Shown here: one piece after another, positions 35,770 through 50,291 of the stretch
Position numbering within the stretch: the stretch's first letter is position 1
How the letters are laid out: each line of letters opens with the position of its first letter
From: Dimorphilus gyrociliatus
Lineage: Eukaryota > Animalia > Annelida
Length of the DNA: 64,000 bases
Direction: 5' to 3'
Assembly (NCBI GenBank): GCA_904063045.1
Contig: CAJFCJ010000001.1
Coordinates: 496,001-560,000 of the forward strand
Program-made: the position numbers and the translations under genes
Notes under the pieces: generated by a model
Seen by the model: the letters and a program-made list of their open reading frames with translations, nothing else
The model's database searches: none
What the model was told of the DNA's origin: nothing

Positions 35770-36772
35770 TATATCTTGTTTGCAATGCACATATATAAAA
35801 TTTTATATATAAGTTAATAACTACATGATAATATCCAATTTAAAATAAATTATACTGATTTATCTTTTAATAAGATGATTACACAATAGCATAAAAGAAT
35901 TAAGAAATTTAACAATTATAGGACTATTCAATTATCTTGAATGACCTATAATCATAGAGAAAAACGAAATTGCTACTATTTTTTTTAGAATATAAACTAG
36001 CTGCTAATGAAAAAGTTACAATACGATAATACGCTGATAATATGCTTATGTTATATATGCAGTATAAAACTGTATAGGAACTATGTTATAACAAGAAATT
36101 ATAGTGTATAAAAAGAGAAAAAAAAACATGATAAAGATATTTTAATTATGTATGTTTATTAAGACAAATTTTGTTATTATCATGTTATTTTATTTAGAAT
36201 AATAATTATTAATAATAAAGAATTTATATAATTTCATTGTAGTTTGCTACTTTAGAAATTAGCGAAAGAAAATTGGAGAAAATAAATGAACAAACAGCTC
36301 GTTTATCTTTTATATTTGATGATCATGAAGGCCAAATTCTGTAAAAAGTATTAACGGAATATAAGTCCTGTTTATTGAAACAAATAAAGGCATATCTGAA
36401 AAAAGATTTCTTTAATTGTTATTTGATAGAAAATGTAGATTATTAATCTAGATTACAACCTTTATAAATTCGTTCGTTGTTCGACAGTGTGTTACATATC
36501 TTAATTATGAATTCAAATACTATATTTACTAGATATTAGAGCAAATTCATCTTTTTCTTTATATATAACCAAAAATGTTGTTTATTTTAACAAAAAAGAA
36601 AAATGACAAAAATAGTAGCACTTTAAGTGATCCAGTACTAAAAACCTGAGTTTTATTTTTTCTTAAATTCAATCTCGTATGTCACTGCAGAGAGCAATTT
36701 AAACCAGTATCCATAATCAAATAACCTGAGAAATTTACATGTTCATTTATACAGGAAATACTTTTTGTATAT

Positions 36773-39572
36773 TCAAACGGATATGTCGAATAGCTTCCTC
36801 AATTCTAAAGGCAATTGCGATATCATATGTTCCATTGGGGTCATCGTATCCTTCAGTTGTCCGAATCCGATAAGCATTCTATCTCTAAGCGGAAGATTCA
36901 AATTTTAAGATGAATAATGGAATTTGTACTTGCACTATATGAACTTACCTACTAGCATTATCAAACTCACGAAGGGAATGTTCCAATAATCTCTGAGGTT
37001 TCCTTGTAGAATTGAGAACATCGTTTATGATTTTTGTTAAATTTTTATAACTTTCTGGAGATCTTGTGTCTAAGAATCTAGACAAAAATTATAATAGTTA
37101 AAAGAGAAATGTTAAACGACAACATAGAGGATAAAGAAAGGACAAATATAAAAACCTTTCGTACAACACGTAGCACCATCGAATTTTTTGCCAAATTTTT
37201 TTATTGGCGGCAATTTGTATAATTTGTTTAACTTCGTTTGGTTTACAATGCAGATCGTTTAAAACACGATCTCTAAATCCAATTAGTATTTCGAAGAAAA
37301 TGCCCATTACTTGTTCTACTGTTAAATTGTTGTTTGACATTATAGTTTTCCATTTATCCATAAAGTCTTCAAGCAACGAATCAATCTTCAAGCGTTTGCT
37401 AATTATAAAAAGTATAAATATAATAATTAAACAAATGTGGTAAATTTTATATAAGTATAATATTGTCACTACCTTTCGACTGGATTGATAAGACGTAAAT
37501 AATCAAGAAGCTTTACAGTATCCCCATCCATTCTCAGGTCATTTAGGATATCTTTTGCGTCATGACGACTGACAAAAAGAGAGCCAAATACGGCAATCCA
37601 ATGCCTAAATCAAGTAAAAAAGTTTACTTTAATAAACAAATCACTTTTTGCAATATTTATTAGACATTTAACAAGATAAAATAACAATAACTTGTGCATG
37701 AGTTGAAAGCATCTCTTTAAACTTGTTGGATTCTTTGTTAAAACATCCCTCCATATTTCATCATAGGCATCTTTCATTGCAATTTCAATGAATGTACGAA
37801 AAAATGCAAAGGCCGCTCTCTCTAATTGTACTTCTCTTTCATCAATCTTTAGAAAATATAATTTTTATATTTGTACCATAAATCCTTCTTAATAATACTT
37901 GTTTTAAACATGGTTAGAATATCCCTTACACACTTTTAACTACTTCCTGAGTTTTTCTCATAAACTATTTATCGAAAATATAATGGATTGGATTTCTTTT
38001 AGTTGTTTGTATACAATAAAAGTATCAAATTTTCCATACAATATACCAGTACACATAATATATATAGATAGATGCACGTACAAGTATATACTCCGAGTAC
38101 AAAGTGTATAAATGCGATTTATCTATATATAAATTTATATATATATATATATATAAGTGCATGAAATAAAATAAAATTCTTAGTAAACAGGAAAGAGAAA
38201 AGATACTACTGCAATATATAGTTTACTCATTTTGCAAATAACTAAACTATTCGTAGTTTTATAATTAGTCCAAAATACTTTTAAATTATTCAGACTTTAC
38301 CTTTTGTTTGTTAACTTCTTCCTCTTCCATCTGAGCATCATCGTTAATGTCAAAGTTAATTTTTTCCTCTACACTAACAAATTTACATTTCTTCAACAGC
38401 TCCTTACGAAATTCCTTTATCAAAAAAAAAAAAAAAAAAAACACAAAGAAAAAATAAGTTAATGAAATTTTTAATATGATAAGAAAATCTAAATTAACTA
38501 GTAAATCATTTTGAAGAATGCTAATTGACAAGATAAAGAAAGTGTAAAAGAAAAATAAAAAAAAATATACGAAACCTTTGTTCTATATACTTTCAAGCCT
38601 TGTATAGACGCTTTAATACATAGAGGTTTATCATCCGTCAAAAAAAGTTCTTGAGGTAAAAAACGGAGAAAAAAGACAATTAAAGATTATTTTTTTGGCA
38701 ATGAAAATTTAAATTTATTTTAGCCTTTATTGTTTTATTGTAACTTAGAATCAAATTAAGAAATAGATATGCACCGATTGCTTCCGATTTACAGCAAAAA
38801 AGTATCTTATCGTCATTCTTCAACTTTTTAAGATCATCATTAAGCTACAAAAAAATTAACACAAATCAAACATGTATAAAGAGTCTAACTATTGAATAAT
38901 ATCAGTAATACTTACAGGGTCTTGCCCCTTGAATAATACGTTTGCTTTCGGATTTTCTAACGCCGACAAAAGAAAATTTATAGCCTCTCTAGCTTTTAAT
39001 CGTTTATCGTCTCCTAAACTCCTTCTATCCTTTAAATCATCCAATTCTTGAATCACTATATATGGTACAACAAGTATATAATTGTTGCGATTAATCATCT
39101 TTATTAATTCCAAATCGTTGATATACACATTTGTATCAACAACAATCTTTTTTCCTTTGGATTTTGGCGAATATTGTTTTAAATTCCTATAATTGTGATC
39201 TGTATATTTGGATTGAACTTTTGCATGATTTTCTTCTCTAAGTAGTTGTAGCTCTTTCATAATAATATCATCAGTTTCCATTGGTTCTTCTTCCCGATAA
39301 GAATCGTCATAATCCTTCTTGGTGGAAGATGAGTCTTTTTTTACCAATTTATCTGTCACTTCTTTTATTTTTTTTCTTTTTTTCTTTTCAAGTGTATGTT
39401 TTTTCCCATCTGAATTTTTTGAGTTCGTTTCAATGATAGGTTTATTGTCCTTCCAAACTAACTTAACGCTCTTTGAGGATGCTTTTTTAATTTTTCCGGA
39501 AGACTCTTCCTTAATTTCTTTCGACTTAGCTGTCTCTTTGTGTCTCTTGCTCATCTTATACTCTATTTTCAT
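36773..39572 (-). CDS. SWT1: Transcriptional protein SWT1 / PIN-domain RNA endonuclease homolog
   Basis: Lys-rich N-terminus, then PIN motifs IVVDTNVYI, LVVPYIVIQELDDLK, NDDKIL and FLTDDKPLCIKA. Later exons encode IAMKDAYDEIWRDVL and HWIAVFG (SWT1 C-terminal signature). The last exon ends ...LRKLFDISV* at 36773. Confidence 0.85.
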
Positions 39573-42500
39573 TGAAACACGTCTAAAAAATAAATAAAAA
39601 CGACGATATACTATATATAAAAATTACTTCAAGATTAAAAAGCATAAGATCTATACAAAAATTATGTATCCTAGATAAAAATAACCCAAGTCTTAATTTA
39701 TTCATGAAATAGAAAACAAGTAATAGCGTAGTATATTTAATAGGTAATTGGCAACTATTAGTAATTATAACATCACTAAAAATGTCCAAAAGATAATGTA
39801 CGATTTAAAGCAAAGGTCGAACTTCTGCTAAGTTTTATAAATGTGCGTCGTCTGCCTAAGAAGCTATTCGCTTCTCTGACAAGCAAGCGGTAACATGGCT
39901 TTCGGTCGAACTCTGATAATTTTTTTACTGGCAGGAATTTTAATAATTTGTAAGTTTTTGAATGTCTTGAAAGTGTATTTAAGATTAATTTGTGAATAAT
40001 GAATTATCTAACAGCGGAAACAGCTCCAATTGAGACCGTTGAAATGAAACTAACCGAAAAAAGCTTTAATATTCTTCTTACATATTGTATTGATAGCTGC
40101 TTTATGAAGAGACTTTGTCCCATAAAACACCTTAAATGGTGTAAACATATTATCGATAGAGCAAATAATTAGATTTAGAATTTTTGCTTACCTTTCACCG
40201 TATCTGTTTAAGATGGCTAAAAAGCATTCTTAAACAACGTGTTCGTCAGATCTATATCTTAAATTATATTAACAATAAATATTTTTATTTATTTATTTTT
40301 GCAAATCGAATTGATTTTTTTTTTCAGTTTTAATATTCGTGACTACCCTTTTAAGTTATTCAATTTGTGCTTAAGTTTAGTTATTACCTTAAGTATTTTG
40401 TTTTTAGCCTGATTTTAAGAACAAATATACATAAGATATTTGTTTTTCGGTCACCGACTAAAATTACAATTTTTCTTTAAAAAGTATTGTAATATTTCTT
40501 TTAAAGTTTTTCAAGTTAGAACTTTTAGTGCAAAAGAGAAAAAAACTTAAAGATTGTTACAAAAAACACAGACTGATGTAAAAAAGTAGAACCTAATTTT
40601 AACATCCTAATACGTTATGCAATAAGACATATATATATATATATACTAGAAGAAAATATGTCATCTCTCAAGTGTCCTAAAATTTTGACCAGATGAGTAA
40701 ATTAAAACTTATACAAAAATAGGGAACTAGGCGAATATGAAATGAAATTTTTAATTTATTGTAAAATTTGTAAGTTAATGTAGTAGAAACAAGAATTTTT
40801 AGATAAAAAATCAGTTTTTATCTTCAAAATTATTCATCTACAGATAATGTTTAGCACGAGTGCATAGCATGCTTTAGTGTACTTTAGCATAAAACATGTT
40901 ATTTGTTTTGTGTTCACTGAAAATTACTCTCTTCTTTCTTTCAAAAAATGGCAAATGTCCAGAAAGATGTATTTTTTCGTGCACTATGGTATTGTTTACT
41001 AATTAATTTGAACCGTTTTTTGGTTAGTTACGTAATATTTAATCTCCTCGAAACTTAGATAATAGTTTCAATTATGCTATTTTTTTGAAATTTTAATGTT
41101 AAGTTATATAAGAAGAATAAATCACTTGTTTTGAAACAAAGTTGAAAGTTCTTAAAACGGTGGCCTTGTTTACAATTTTAATAAAAATTCGTCTTGATAA
41201 GAATAGAGAATTATGATATTTTTTAAGAAAATTTAGCTAAAATCCCACGATATTCTCAGTTATCGCCCAACGAAATATGAAAATTTCTACAAAATTCTAT
41301 TTTTAAATCATTATTGTTTACAAGTGTGAAAAATTTCCAAAAAAACCATTACGTAATAATGCTTTAAATACTAACTTCTTGGTACATTTATCACGTTCTC
41401 AACAAGTTAACGAATAATTGCAATATATATTCACTGGCTTCAAAAATTGGGAAATCCCTGTTATTTCCTTCCTTCTGCACAGAAGATTTCTAGAAATTCT
41501 CAAAAACAATTTCCTCTAGTAAATAAGAATCTTAGAAAAAATAACGTTTTTTAGTGTTAATAATGCTATTTTTACATTATATATTTATATAATTGACAAG
41601 GATTAGTATTTATAATAAAATATCAAAATAAATGAGTAGTATAGCTATAGCTAAACATTGTTATAATAGAAAAAAGAAAACTTTCTCTCCCCTATAATAA
41701 AATATTGCAGTATAGTTTTATAAGTATTTTCCAACTCTAAATAGAAAAGGCGATTAGTCTTATTTGTAGATAAAAGAAAGGGAAAACATTCATTTTTAGA
41801 ACAAAAAAAGTAAATCTATAAGATATAGAGATTATTTCGTAACAATATAGTCAAGGTTATTTCTGACAAAATGATATTTTATAAGATAATACATAATTCA
41901 AATATTTTGTAAAGTCACCGTTAACTGTAACTTAAATTCTAGAATCTAATCTTAAATTTTTGACTTGTTTTTCGGAAAAAAAAGTAAGATTGATGTATTT
42001 AATTGAAGTAGCATTTTTTTATTCTTAAGCTAAATCTATTGTTATCTATTTGTATCTATTTGGAGAACGATATAAAATGTTAAAAAAGAGTGCAAAATAT
42101 GGGTTGACAAACGAAATATCAGTTTAAAAACTGTAAAAATTATTAAATTCAAATCTATTCTCTTTATTACTTTTTCAAATTTCACAATACAGAGAATACT
42201 TAAGAGATTATTTATAGATACTTTTATTGTAGAAAAGTCCTTGAATTAGTTTTTAAAAAAGAGTTTTCTTTGATTGGATCACTTACATTTACGTAATAAC
42301 CTTTGTTTTTTTTTAAATACATGAATAATATTATAAAGAAGACAAAGATGTTCGAGATTATCCTTTATTTAAAGGGACTTGACATTTTAACGCATGATTG
42401 ATGGTTTTAATTAGGTAAAGCACGTATATGACATTAAAGCACCTTATAGCACCAGGAACTACTTCGCAAGGAAAGTATCCGATAAATAAATATTTGTGGT

Positions 42501-45499
42501 ATTCATCAACGATATCAATTGATAAAAAAAACGAGTACGTATCGGAAACGAAATCGTCCTCATTTCACGTAGAAATGTGATTCTCGTAAAGATATGTTGA
42601 TTTTTACAACTGTAATCACGATTCTATGTCAGTCAATGTAAATTTAATGTAATTTAGGCTTGTTCTATATAAAGTGTATGTATGTGTCATTTTCAATCTT
42701 TCGTTATATACTATATATATATTCTATAATACTATATATACTAGTCTATAAGTATGCCTGTGGTAAATTGACTTCTTACTACATATCTTACTTATAATGT
42801 ATTTATACTTCCTTTCATATTAATTATATATTAAAGATTACAAAAAATAAAAAAAAAATGAAAAAGAAAACTTATTAATGATCTATAAGTAGCAAAGAGA
42901 TGTTATTTCTCTCCTAAATCTCCCACATTCTTTATTTTATCAAAACGCCATCTAACGAAACCGAGGTAAAAATAATACAAGGAGGCAATATATAGAAAGC
43001 AAAAAAAAAAGAAAGTAGTAAAGAAAACAACAACATAGTTTATAGCCTGATTTCCTTTCACGACGTATACTTGTAAGTTTATCTTGGTGAAAGTTTTTGA
43101 AATATTTATAGTTGAATAAAACATAAGAAGAAGAGAAGAAGATGTAATGGAATTATTTTAAAACTACTGATTAATTATTATCTTGGTTTTCTAGGATATA
43201 AATAGATTTTTCTACATCTTATAAATGGATGGGGTAGATAAGTAAATGTACTAAATATGTATATACTGTAGAATATACTGAATACATTCTATACACATGT
43301 CCTTAGAGCTATATATACAGTATATATATATATTTATATATATACATGCGTGTAGATATATATAGATTCGTGTATATTGTGCATAAATTACAAAATTAAA
43401 CTTATCGTGACGAATGTAGCTGTCCTTTATTTCATACACTATTTACCAAGTTAAACGAATTCGTTACTATTATTACTTTGTTAATAAACTAGTATAATTA
43501 GAAAATGGTCGAGATGTATTAGCTTTCATCTCAAAAAAAGGATTGAGAAAGATTAAATCAAATAGAAATAGAATAATAGACAATAGTCCATTTGATATAT
43601 AGTTTTAGAAGGTAGAGGGCTACCATTTTTTATCATCTTTCCTACAATAACACTGTAGCTTTTCAACTGAATTTAATTCGCATACTGTACATATATAACT
43701 ATATATTTACTTTTGTAGAATATCCCGCATAAATCCATATTTACTGTCACTTTTTATGCTTTCATATTGCAAATAATAATATATTAGTCACTCTGCAAAA
43801 TTTTATTTTCTAAACTCTCAAGATTCTTAGGTATACAACATGATTAAAAGTTTACTGATCCTTATTTTTTTGGGGGTAAATAGTGACCTGTTTATTTACA
43901 AATTTGTTAAATTTCGAACGGAAAACATATACATTACAACTTTTTATATGGTATCGGTCAACGTCCTGTACCATTTAATGAAAAAACTTTATTTAGAAGC
44001 TTACAATCTCTATATGATGTAAATATAACATTATTTTTAAACTAGGCAATTCGTCAATTAACATTTATATTTTTTTCTTTTTAAGAACCAGTGCGTAAGC
44101 GAATTTAGAAACACGATTAAGCGTTCGATTGAACGATTCATTTAACATTTGAAATATTAAAGGTGATGCTTTTTATATCCAGATCTATTTATAACAGAAC
44201 TCTATAGACATGGAGAAAAGATGAGGAACACGACAGAATGAATGAAACAAAGGGAAGAAGAGAGAGAAAAAGGGGGAAGGAGAGACGTAGACAGACAGGC
44301 TTAAAGGCAGAATGAAAGAAATGAGATAGACAGATAAATAGATAGAAAGCAAGAGAAGAGACTTTTAAAGTATCCGATCAATTTTCTAACTGTTAATTTA
44401 AGCAATGTATAACGTATTCCTATGCACGAATCACCGTTTCTTTTTATGTATCGAAATAAAGAAAGTTTTTTTTAACGTATTTTGAGCTTAACAGCCTTAT
44501 TCAGCCTTATTTACAGACGGTTAATAACCTTTCAGAGAACTCAAACATATCATTTGTAAGATATTCTGGCCCCCATATCATCTATCAATTATTGACGGGG
44601 ATATTTTACAAGTGATTTACGGTAAATAAATCTGTTAATAAAATATTTAGATAATAAATCGTTAAAAAATGGGGCAAAGAAAAGTAACAAGAGGATATCT
44701 ACATGCAAAAGTATATGGGTTATGGCCTAAGGATACCGTTTGCTTGGGTTCTTTTATTTATAAAAGAAAATTTCCCGAGTTTGCTAATGAAAAAATATTT
44801 TTTACGTATGTTTTTAATAGACTGCAGGTAAAAGCGTATGTGTAGGCGTTATGGATGCATAAAGTCGACTATCCATAGTAAACTGAAAACGGAAGGCGGA
44901 GAAAAGAAACGCTCAAATAATTTCTTTTTTTGAATTAACTTCCCCTTTGAAGTTTATAAAGATTTATTGTTGACTGTTTAACAGTAATATCTATACAAAT
45001 GTTATAGAACATAAAGTATATAATATCTATATATTGTATAAAATATATATTAGTACATATATTTTATACCCTTTTCTCCGTTATACAGTTTTAATGGAGA
45101 CAAGAAAATTGAACTATAAGAAGCTTTCATTTCGATAAGAATCTGCAAAATTTTAACATTTATTTAAGATTTTAACAAAGATTCTAAATCAGGTGGGATT
45201 CTTTTTGAATGCATAAAAAAAGAAAGAAAATATTGCATCGTAAATGAAAATAAGGAAAACTTTTTATTCCAACTTTCTTCCGTTAATTAACGTGTATTAC
45301 ACCGTTATTATATCATCCGACATTTTACTGCTTGCATGATAAAGCTTTTATTTCCCTAGACTAGTCCTATAACTGTAATTATAAGCATAACTTATTTATT
45401 ATAAATAAGATCAGATCCGTTATGCTGTTTGCCGCTGAACGATTACAACGTAGATTAAGCCTTGTCAATATATGCTAAACCGGGCAACCGAAGAGTTGA

Positions 45500-45525
45500 T
45501 GACGTCATGAAGCACGCTCTATAAA
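45500..45525 (+). promoter_or_regulatory. Full CRE palindrome (TGACGTCA) plus TATA box upstream of the RGK gene
   Basis: TGACGTCA at 45500-45507 and TATAAA at 45520-45525; the ATG is at 45561. Confidence 0.75.
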
Positions 45526-45560
45526 GAGCAGAACGTTACTGCAAAACGTTTACAAGAAAG

Positions 45561-46987
45561 ATGGACGAGTTCGAAACATTCCGAGAGCGTTCTATGAGCG
45601 CGGGTGTTATTAAGTTTAATTGTCATCAAGCTAGACGTAGAAGCTCGTCTCCTCCACCAGCGGAAGCATTTAGACGTCGCTCAAGGACTTCCTCTATGCC
45701 TGCATGCCGCCTCCAGGAGCATGTTGTTGGGTGGACGGAAGAGTTCTTTTATACCAGAGCGAGAAGTTTTAGTACTACCACAAAAGGTGTTATTAAGAAT
45801 TGTGGCGATTCTGTGCGTTTAGCGTCTCAAAATTCCCTGGATAGCGCCTTTACAGAGATCAATTCTAAGTCTTCTAGACGCTCTAGTGTATCGAGGACGT
45901 TAAGCAGCACGGCAACGAGTCAATTGGTACCTAGCTTTAGAGTTATTGTTTTGGGCTTTCACGACGTGGGAAAAACGACTTTGGTCGGTCAATTTATGAC
46001 ATCTGAAGACATTTCAGAAGACGAACTAGACGAAGCGGGTTGGTATTTATACTTAATAAAATAAATCTAATATTGTCTTGTAGGCTTGCATACGTCAATT
46101 TTGAGCAGATGTTATATAGGCAAATTTCATTTTTTCCTTTTAAATATTGATTATTTTGTATATGAAATGAAGCTATTTATAGATCTCGACAAAAGTCCGT
46201 CAAGCGCCGTCACGCCAATTCAGCCTATACAAATCTAAAAATAGGCGTCTATCGAGCTTTAATTAGCCTATATATAATATCTGGCATATTGATCTATTTA
46301 CTGAAAGTTTTAGAGGATAATTATAGCAGTTTCCTATCATATGAGCAAAATTCTTAATCTCTTTTATAATACAGAGTTGGAAGACGAGAAGACTCTCTCT
46401 GTTACGATCGATGGCGAAGAATGCCTGATAAATTTTCACGACAGCCCTTCCGGAGGGGTAATTGAAGGTGTTGAGAGTAGCGACGCAATAATCCTTGTCT
46501 ATTCCGTAACGGATGCTAAATCGTTCTCCTACGCCCTAAAGACTATGAAAGAGATGCAGTTAAATCGTTTTACTCCACCTATTCCACTAATTCTTGTAGC
46601 TAATAAAATGGATGTAGTGAGGAAGCGTGTCATTGCCCAACAAAGTAATTATCTTATATTAGGTTATTTTACGATTTCGCGATCAATAATAATAATTAAA
46701 TTCATCATTTCACAGAGGGAAGAAAAGCAGCAATGGAAAATGATTGTAAATACATAGAAACTAGCGCAACCCTTAAATTCAATGTTGATGAACTACTTGT
46801 CGGACTCATAAAACAAATTCGATCGGCGGAAAGTGAAAGATCGGGGCTAACCTCTGGAACAAGGCCCAGACGTCACAGTTCAAAGGGCCATGTTACTAGG
46901 GCAGCACGAACTGTTTTGAGCAAGTTGGTTGGCAAAAGTGGAAAGTTATTTCGTTCTTGCGACAGTTTAGACGTTATGAAAGAATGA
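45561..46987 (+). CDS. RGK-family (Rad/Rem/Gem/Kir) small GTPase
   Basis: Three exons (about 45561-46038, 46374-46645, 46716-46987). N-terminal R-R-R-S/RARSFS phospho-motifs; G1 FRVIVLGFHDVGKTTLVGQF; atypical G3 (FHDSPS); ILVANKMDVVRKR; CKYIETSATLKFNVDELLVGLIKQIR; RGK-type tail AR..LSKL...KLFRSCDSLDV. Confidence 0.88.
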
Positions 46988-47699
46988 ATTAAGAAGTCTA
47001 TAAACACATAAACAAACGAACAAACAATTAAACAACAAATGAACTATTGCCACATTTACTAAAACTTTTATACCATTTGTACAGTTGATTTTTTCATTAA
47101 GTATTGCTACTATTTCTTTTTCAATTATATGCATTTTGAGTGAAGTTTACCTCAACAGACACAATTTTGATTTAAGGATAGCCAAGAGATAATCTTTGTC
47201 CAAAATAAATAGCAAATACACCAATTTTGAACAATTATTCTCGAAACTATATAGAAATATTAACAGTGTAACAAAAGGATGAAAGTTCAATAACTAGGTA
47301 GACTATTAATATGTAGTAGTAATATACTAATTGATTTTTTTTTCTACTAAAGAACGTAAAAGCAAAAAAAATTTTCCTATCTATATGTCTCTAGTTGCGA
47401 AAGCTTATTAAACGATTGTTAAATATAGCAAAGTTATAGTAACATAGATTAGGTTAACCTCATTTTCAATGCCAACAATATGATAAGCTACCAGCTTATC
47501 GCTTATATCAGAGTAAATTGCAGTTTTTTTCATTACTCCCGGAAGTCAAACCCTTCTCTTTCTTATTCTGTAACTTCTTGTTGTTTCTTCTTATATTCCA
47601 ATAAAGATGGAGTAATTTTTTCCACCTGGAATAATTAACAGTGCACAAAGTTTTAACGATCGTTCTAGTTAACTGTAAAATGTTTCATTAGTGTTTCTC

Positions 47700-49660
47700 C
47701 ATCACTGCTTTGCTCCTTGCTCACTTCACTCTAAATCTTCTTCCTTTTTCTTCTATTTTCTATTACTCTTTTCTTCTGGATCATCTTCTAACTCTTCATC
47801 TTACCCTTCTCCTACTTCATCGTTTTTTTCATCGTCTTTCGTGTGGTTCTTCAATATAGCATCACCCGTAAGGCATATATTCTGGCACCCTGAAGTACTT
47901 TATTCAATCTATGCCGTAGTCCTTCATTTTTAATTTAAGCCGAACTATATCGACGTCCCTCATGTAAATACATTCGATGGTATCATTATAAAAGCTGAAA
48001 TGAAAATAACCCTTGGGTCTATAGTGCTTTATCTTAATGTCGTCGCAAATAAATGACAAGCTTTTTTAAAACAGTGTGAATAATGGGAATAACTTCCTAA
48101 ACGAATCTTTTTTGAAAGCAAAATAAAGAAAAACGGGAAAGCAATTTAGAACAAACAACACTACTTGCTAATTGAAAAGAAAGCAGACCACTTTTGTGTC
48201 GTATATCGTCAGTATTAATAAAAGAATAAACTATCGCGCTTGGCCTGAATCGCGTCGATGATCTCGGATGTCGACTGAATGATTGCAAATGTTGGTCTTC
48301 CCACTACAATAGACGTGCTGAGGATAAATTATTATATAGCTACCCATATAAAAGATCTATATATCCTTAACATCCCAGCTAATTTTGCAACGAGAACGTA
48401 CTGAATCGCAAGCTGCAAAGGGAGCTAATCGGCAATCATCCATACACCAATTTGTTTTCGAATCGCGCTTCTCTCTAACATCCAATTTTCCATTACCACA
48501 TTTAGAATGATCTACTTCCGGCTCAATTCCCAGTAAAAAAATACCTAAAATGTTTTCTCTTTTCCTTGCTGTAAAGTAAAAAGCTCTTCCGGAGACCTTC
48601 CTATGGGAAGTAAAAAGTCCTTCTCAGAACTAAGCTATAAAACTATTTGTTTTATGGCTTTGAGGTTATCGAATGTATCCAAAGAGAAAGAAGACGTCGA
48701 ATGGACTATGTAAATCATCTATATGACATAATCTGATTTTTTTATATTAATTTTAAATGTATGCGTTAAATTAACTTTACTTATACTTGTTAAACTTAGC
48801 GCTGTAGACGCTTGCAGGACTATTAGCCGGGAAAACGACTATGCTAACTTGGTTTTATATATACAGAAATTCCCTAAAAGGGCCTTCTATTTTCACTTTG
48901 TCAAGGTAAAGTAGAGACAGCTTACTTTAAACTGAAAATATGACAGCGAATATCATTTATAATGAAAATTTTGCTAATTTGTAATTTGTGTTGTTAAAAA
49001 ACGTATTCAGAGGATATAATAATGTCTCAATATTGCAGGAAATGTTGCAGAGAACGGAATAGCATTGCTAAAGGACGTCAGTCGACCAAATAGCGCAAAG
49101 ATATAATCCATATTTCCAATAGATTTTTATAAAGGTTTGTTAACAAAGAATTGTAAAGAACACACATATATAGTTCACTGTTGATTTTATTTAATCCATC
49201 AAATTCTCGCTTCTTAAATCTTATTTTATCCATTTTGTCTTTTCTGTTTACATGAAGAAAATTTTAATCTCATAAATATTGACCTCATTGTTGGAATTCT
49301 ATAGTAGAATACGTATTTTGCGGCAACTGATAAGACACCTAGAAATAGATCATTACGAAGAATTGTAATTACTTTTTAGCTCGCATGACCTAACATACGA
49401 CCTTTTTAGAAAGGGGATAATTGCTGTAAAGGGAATCTCTACCAGGAATCTTTTTATAGCGAAGAAAGCGAAAATGCGGTACTTAAGTTAAAAGTCATCT
49501 ATCTACGGAACTGCCTCCAGTAAACCTTTAATGCCATTATCTTTCTTATCTTTTCTTGCCCTTCGCTTTCATTCATAGCATAACCAAATAATTTAATTCC
49601 TAAAATAGGATGAAAAGTTATAAATAGCAAAATGACAGAGAAACAATAACCTGTCTTCAT
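47700..49660 (-). pseudogene. Possible decayed multi-exon gene (signal-peptide-like start, Cys-rich CGNG motif, acidic tail broken by stops)
   Basis: Fragments: MKTGYCFSVILLFITFHPILG... (from 49660); an acceptor-initiated frame IFLLGIEPEVDHSKCGNGKLDVREKRDSKTNWCMDDCRLAPFAAC (about 48545-48360); DDEKNDEVGEG*DEELEDDPEEKSNRK*KKKEEDLE* (about 47900-47700). I could not assemble a continuous ORF. Confidence 0.3.
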
Positions 49661-50291
49661 TTTAGTACATAAGCAATATATTAAAAAAAGAAGGATGAAA
49701 TTCAAATGCAAAATATGATAGGGTCTATTTTTAACATTATGGTTAAATATAGCATATGATAGTGCATTGTTTTCCTTTACGTAGTGCCTATACTCCCAAT
49801 TACAACATACCATTATTATCATCTTTTCATTTTTATCGTATCGCCATCTGTTGGTTGTTATATATATAAGTATTGAATTACTCTGATTCATTTCTATATA
49901 TAGTATTAAAATGTGTAATATCTGTAATGATTTACTATTTCGGCAGGTCAGATTTTCTTGTGAAAATTTTCCAAATTTTATTCGTCTATTATGCTTGCAA
50001 AACACTTTGCAAATGTTATAAAATGAAACAAATACAACAAACAATAGAACCATAAAAGTGAGAAAACAATTTAAACTATGACCCTTTAGGTCCTCTAACA
50101 TTTAAACATACTGATATAAACAAAAACATTGAAGAAGTTTTTAATAGACAAAACATTTTTTTTCTCTTTTTAATCTATTAGGATTGTTTTAAGTGTTTTC
50201 TTCTTTTTTACTTTATTTTTTTTTAAAGAAAAACAGTTAATAGGAACCGCACGAATATTTTGCGCGCCATCTTCATATACACTATATTAGA

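Noticed and set aside
40600-45400. Possible transposon remnants in the long gene-free interval
   Set aside because: No TIR pair, LTR, poly(A) tail with TSD or transposase/RT motif was recognised. It is treated as intergenic or regulatory DNA of the RGK gene.
49470-49500. A 25-nt GT-AG segment whose removal would extend the 49660 ORF into LPHFRFLRYKKIPG...
   Set aside because: It is far shorter than any intron supported elsewhere in the window (at least 52 nt), so it is likely chance.
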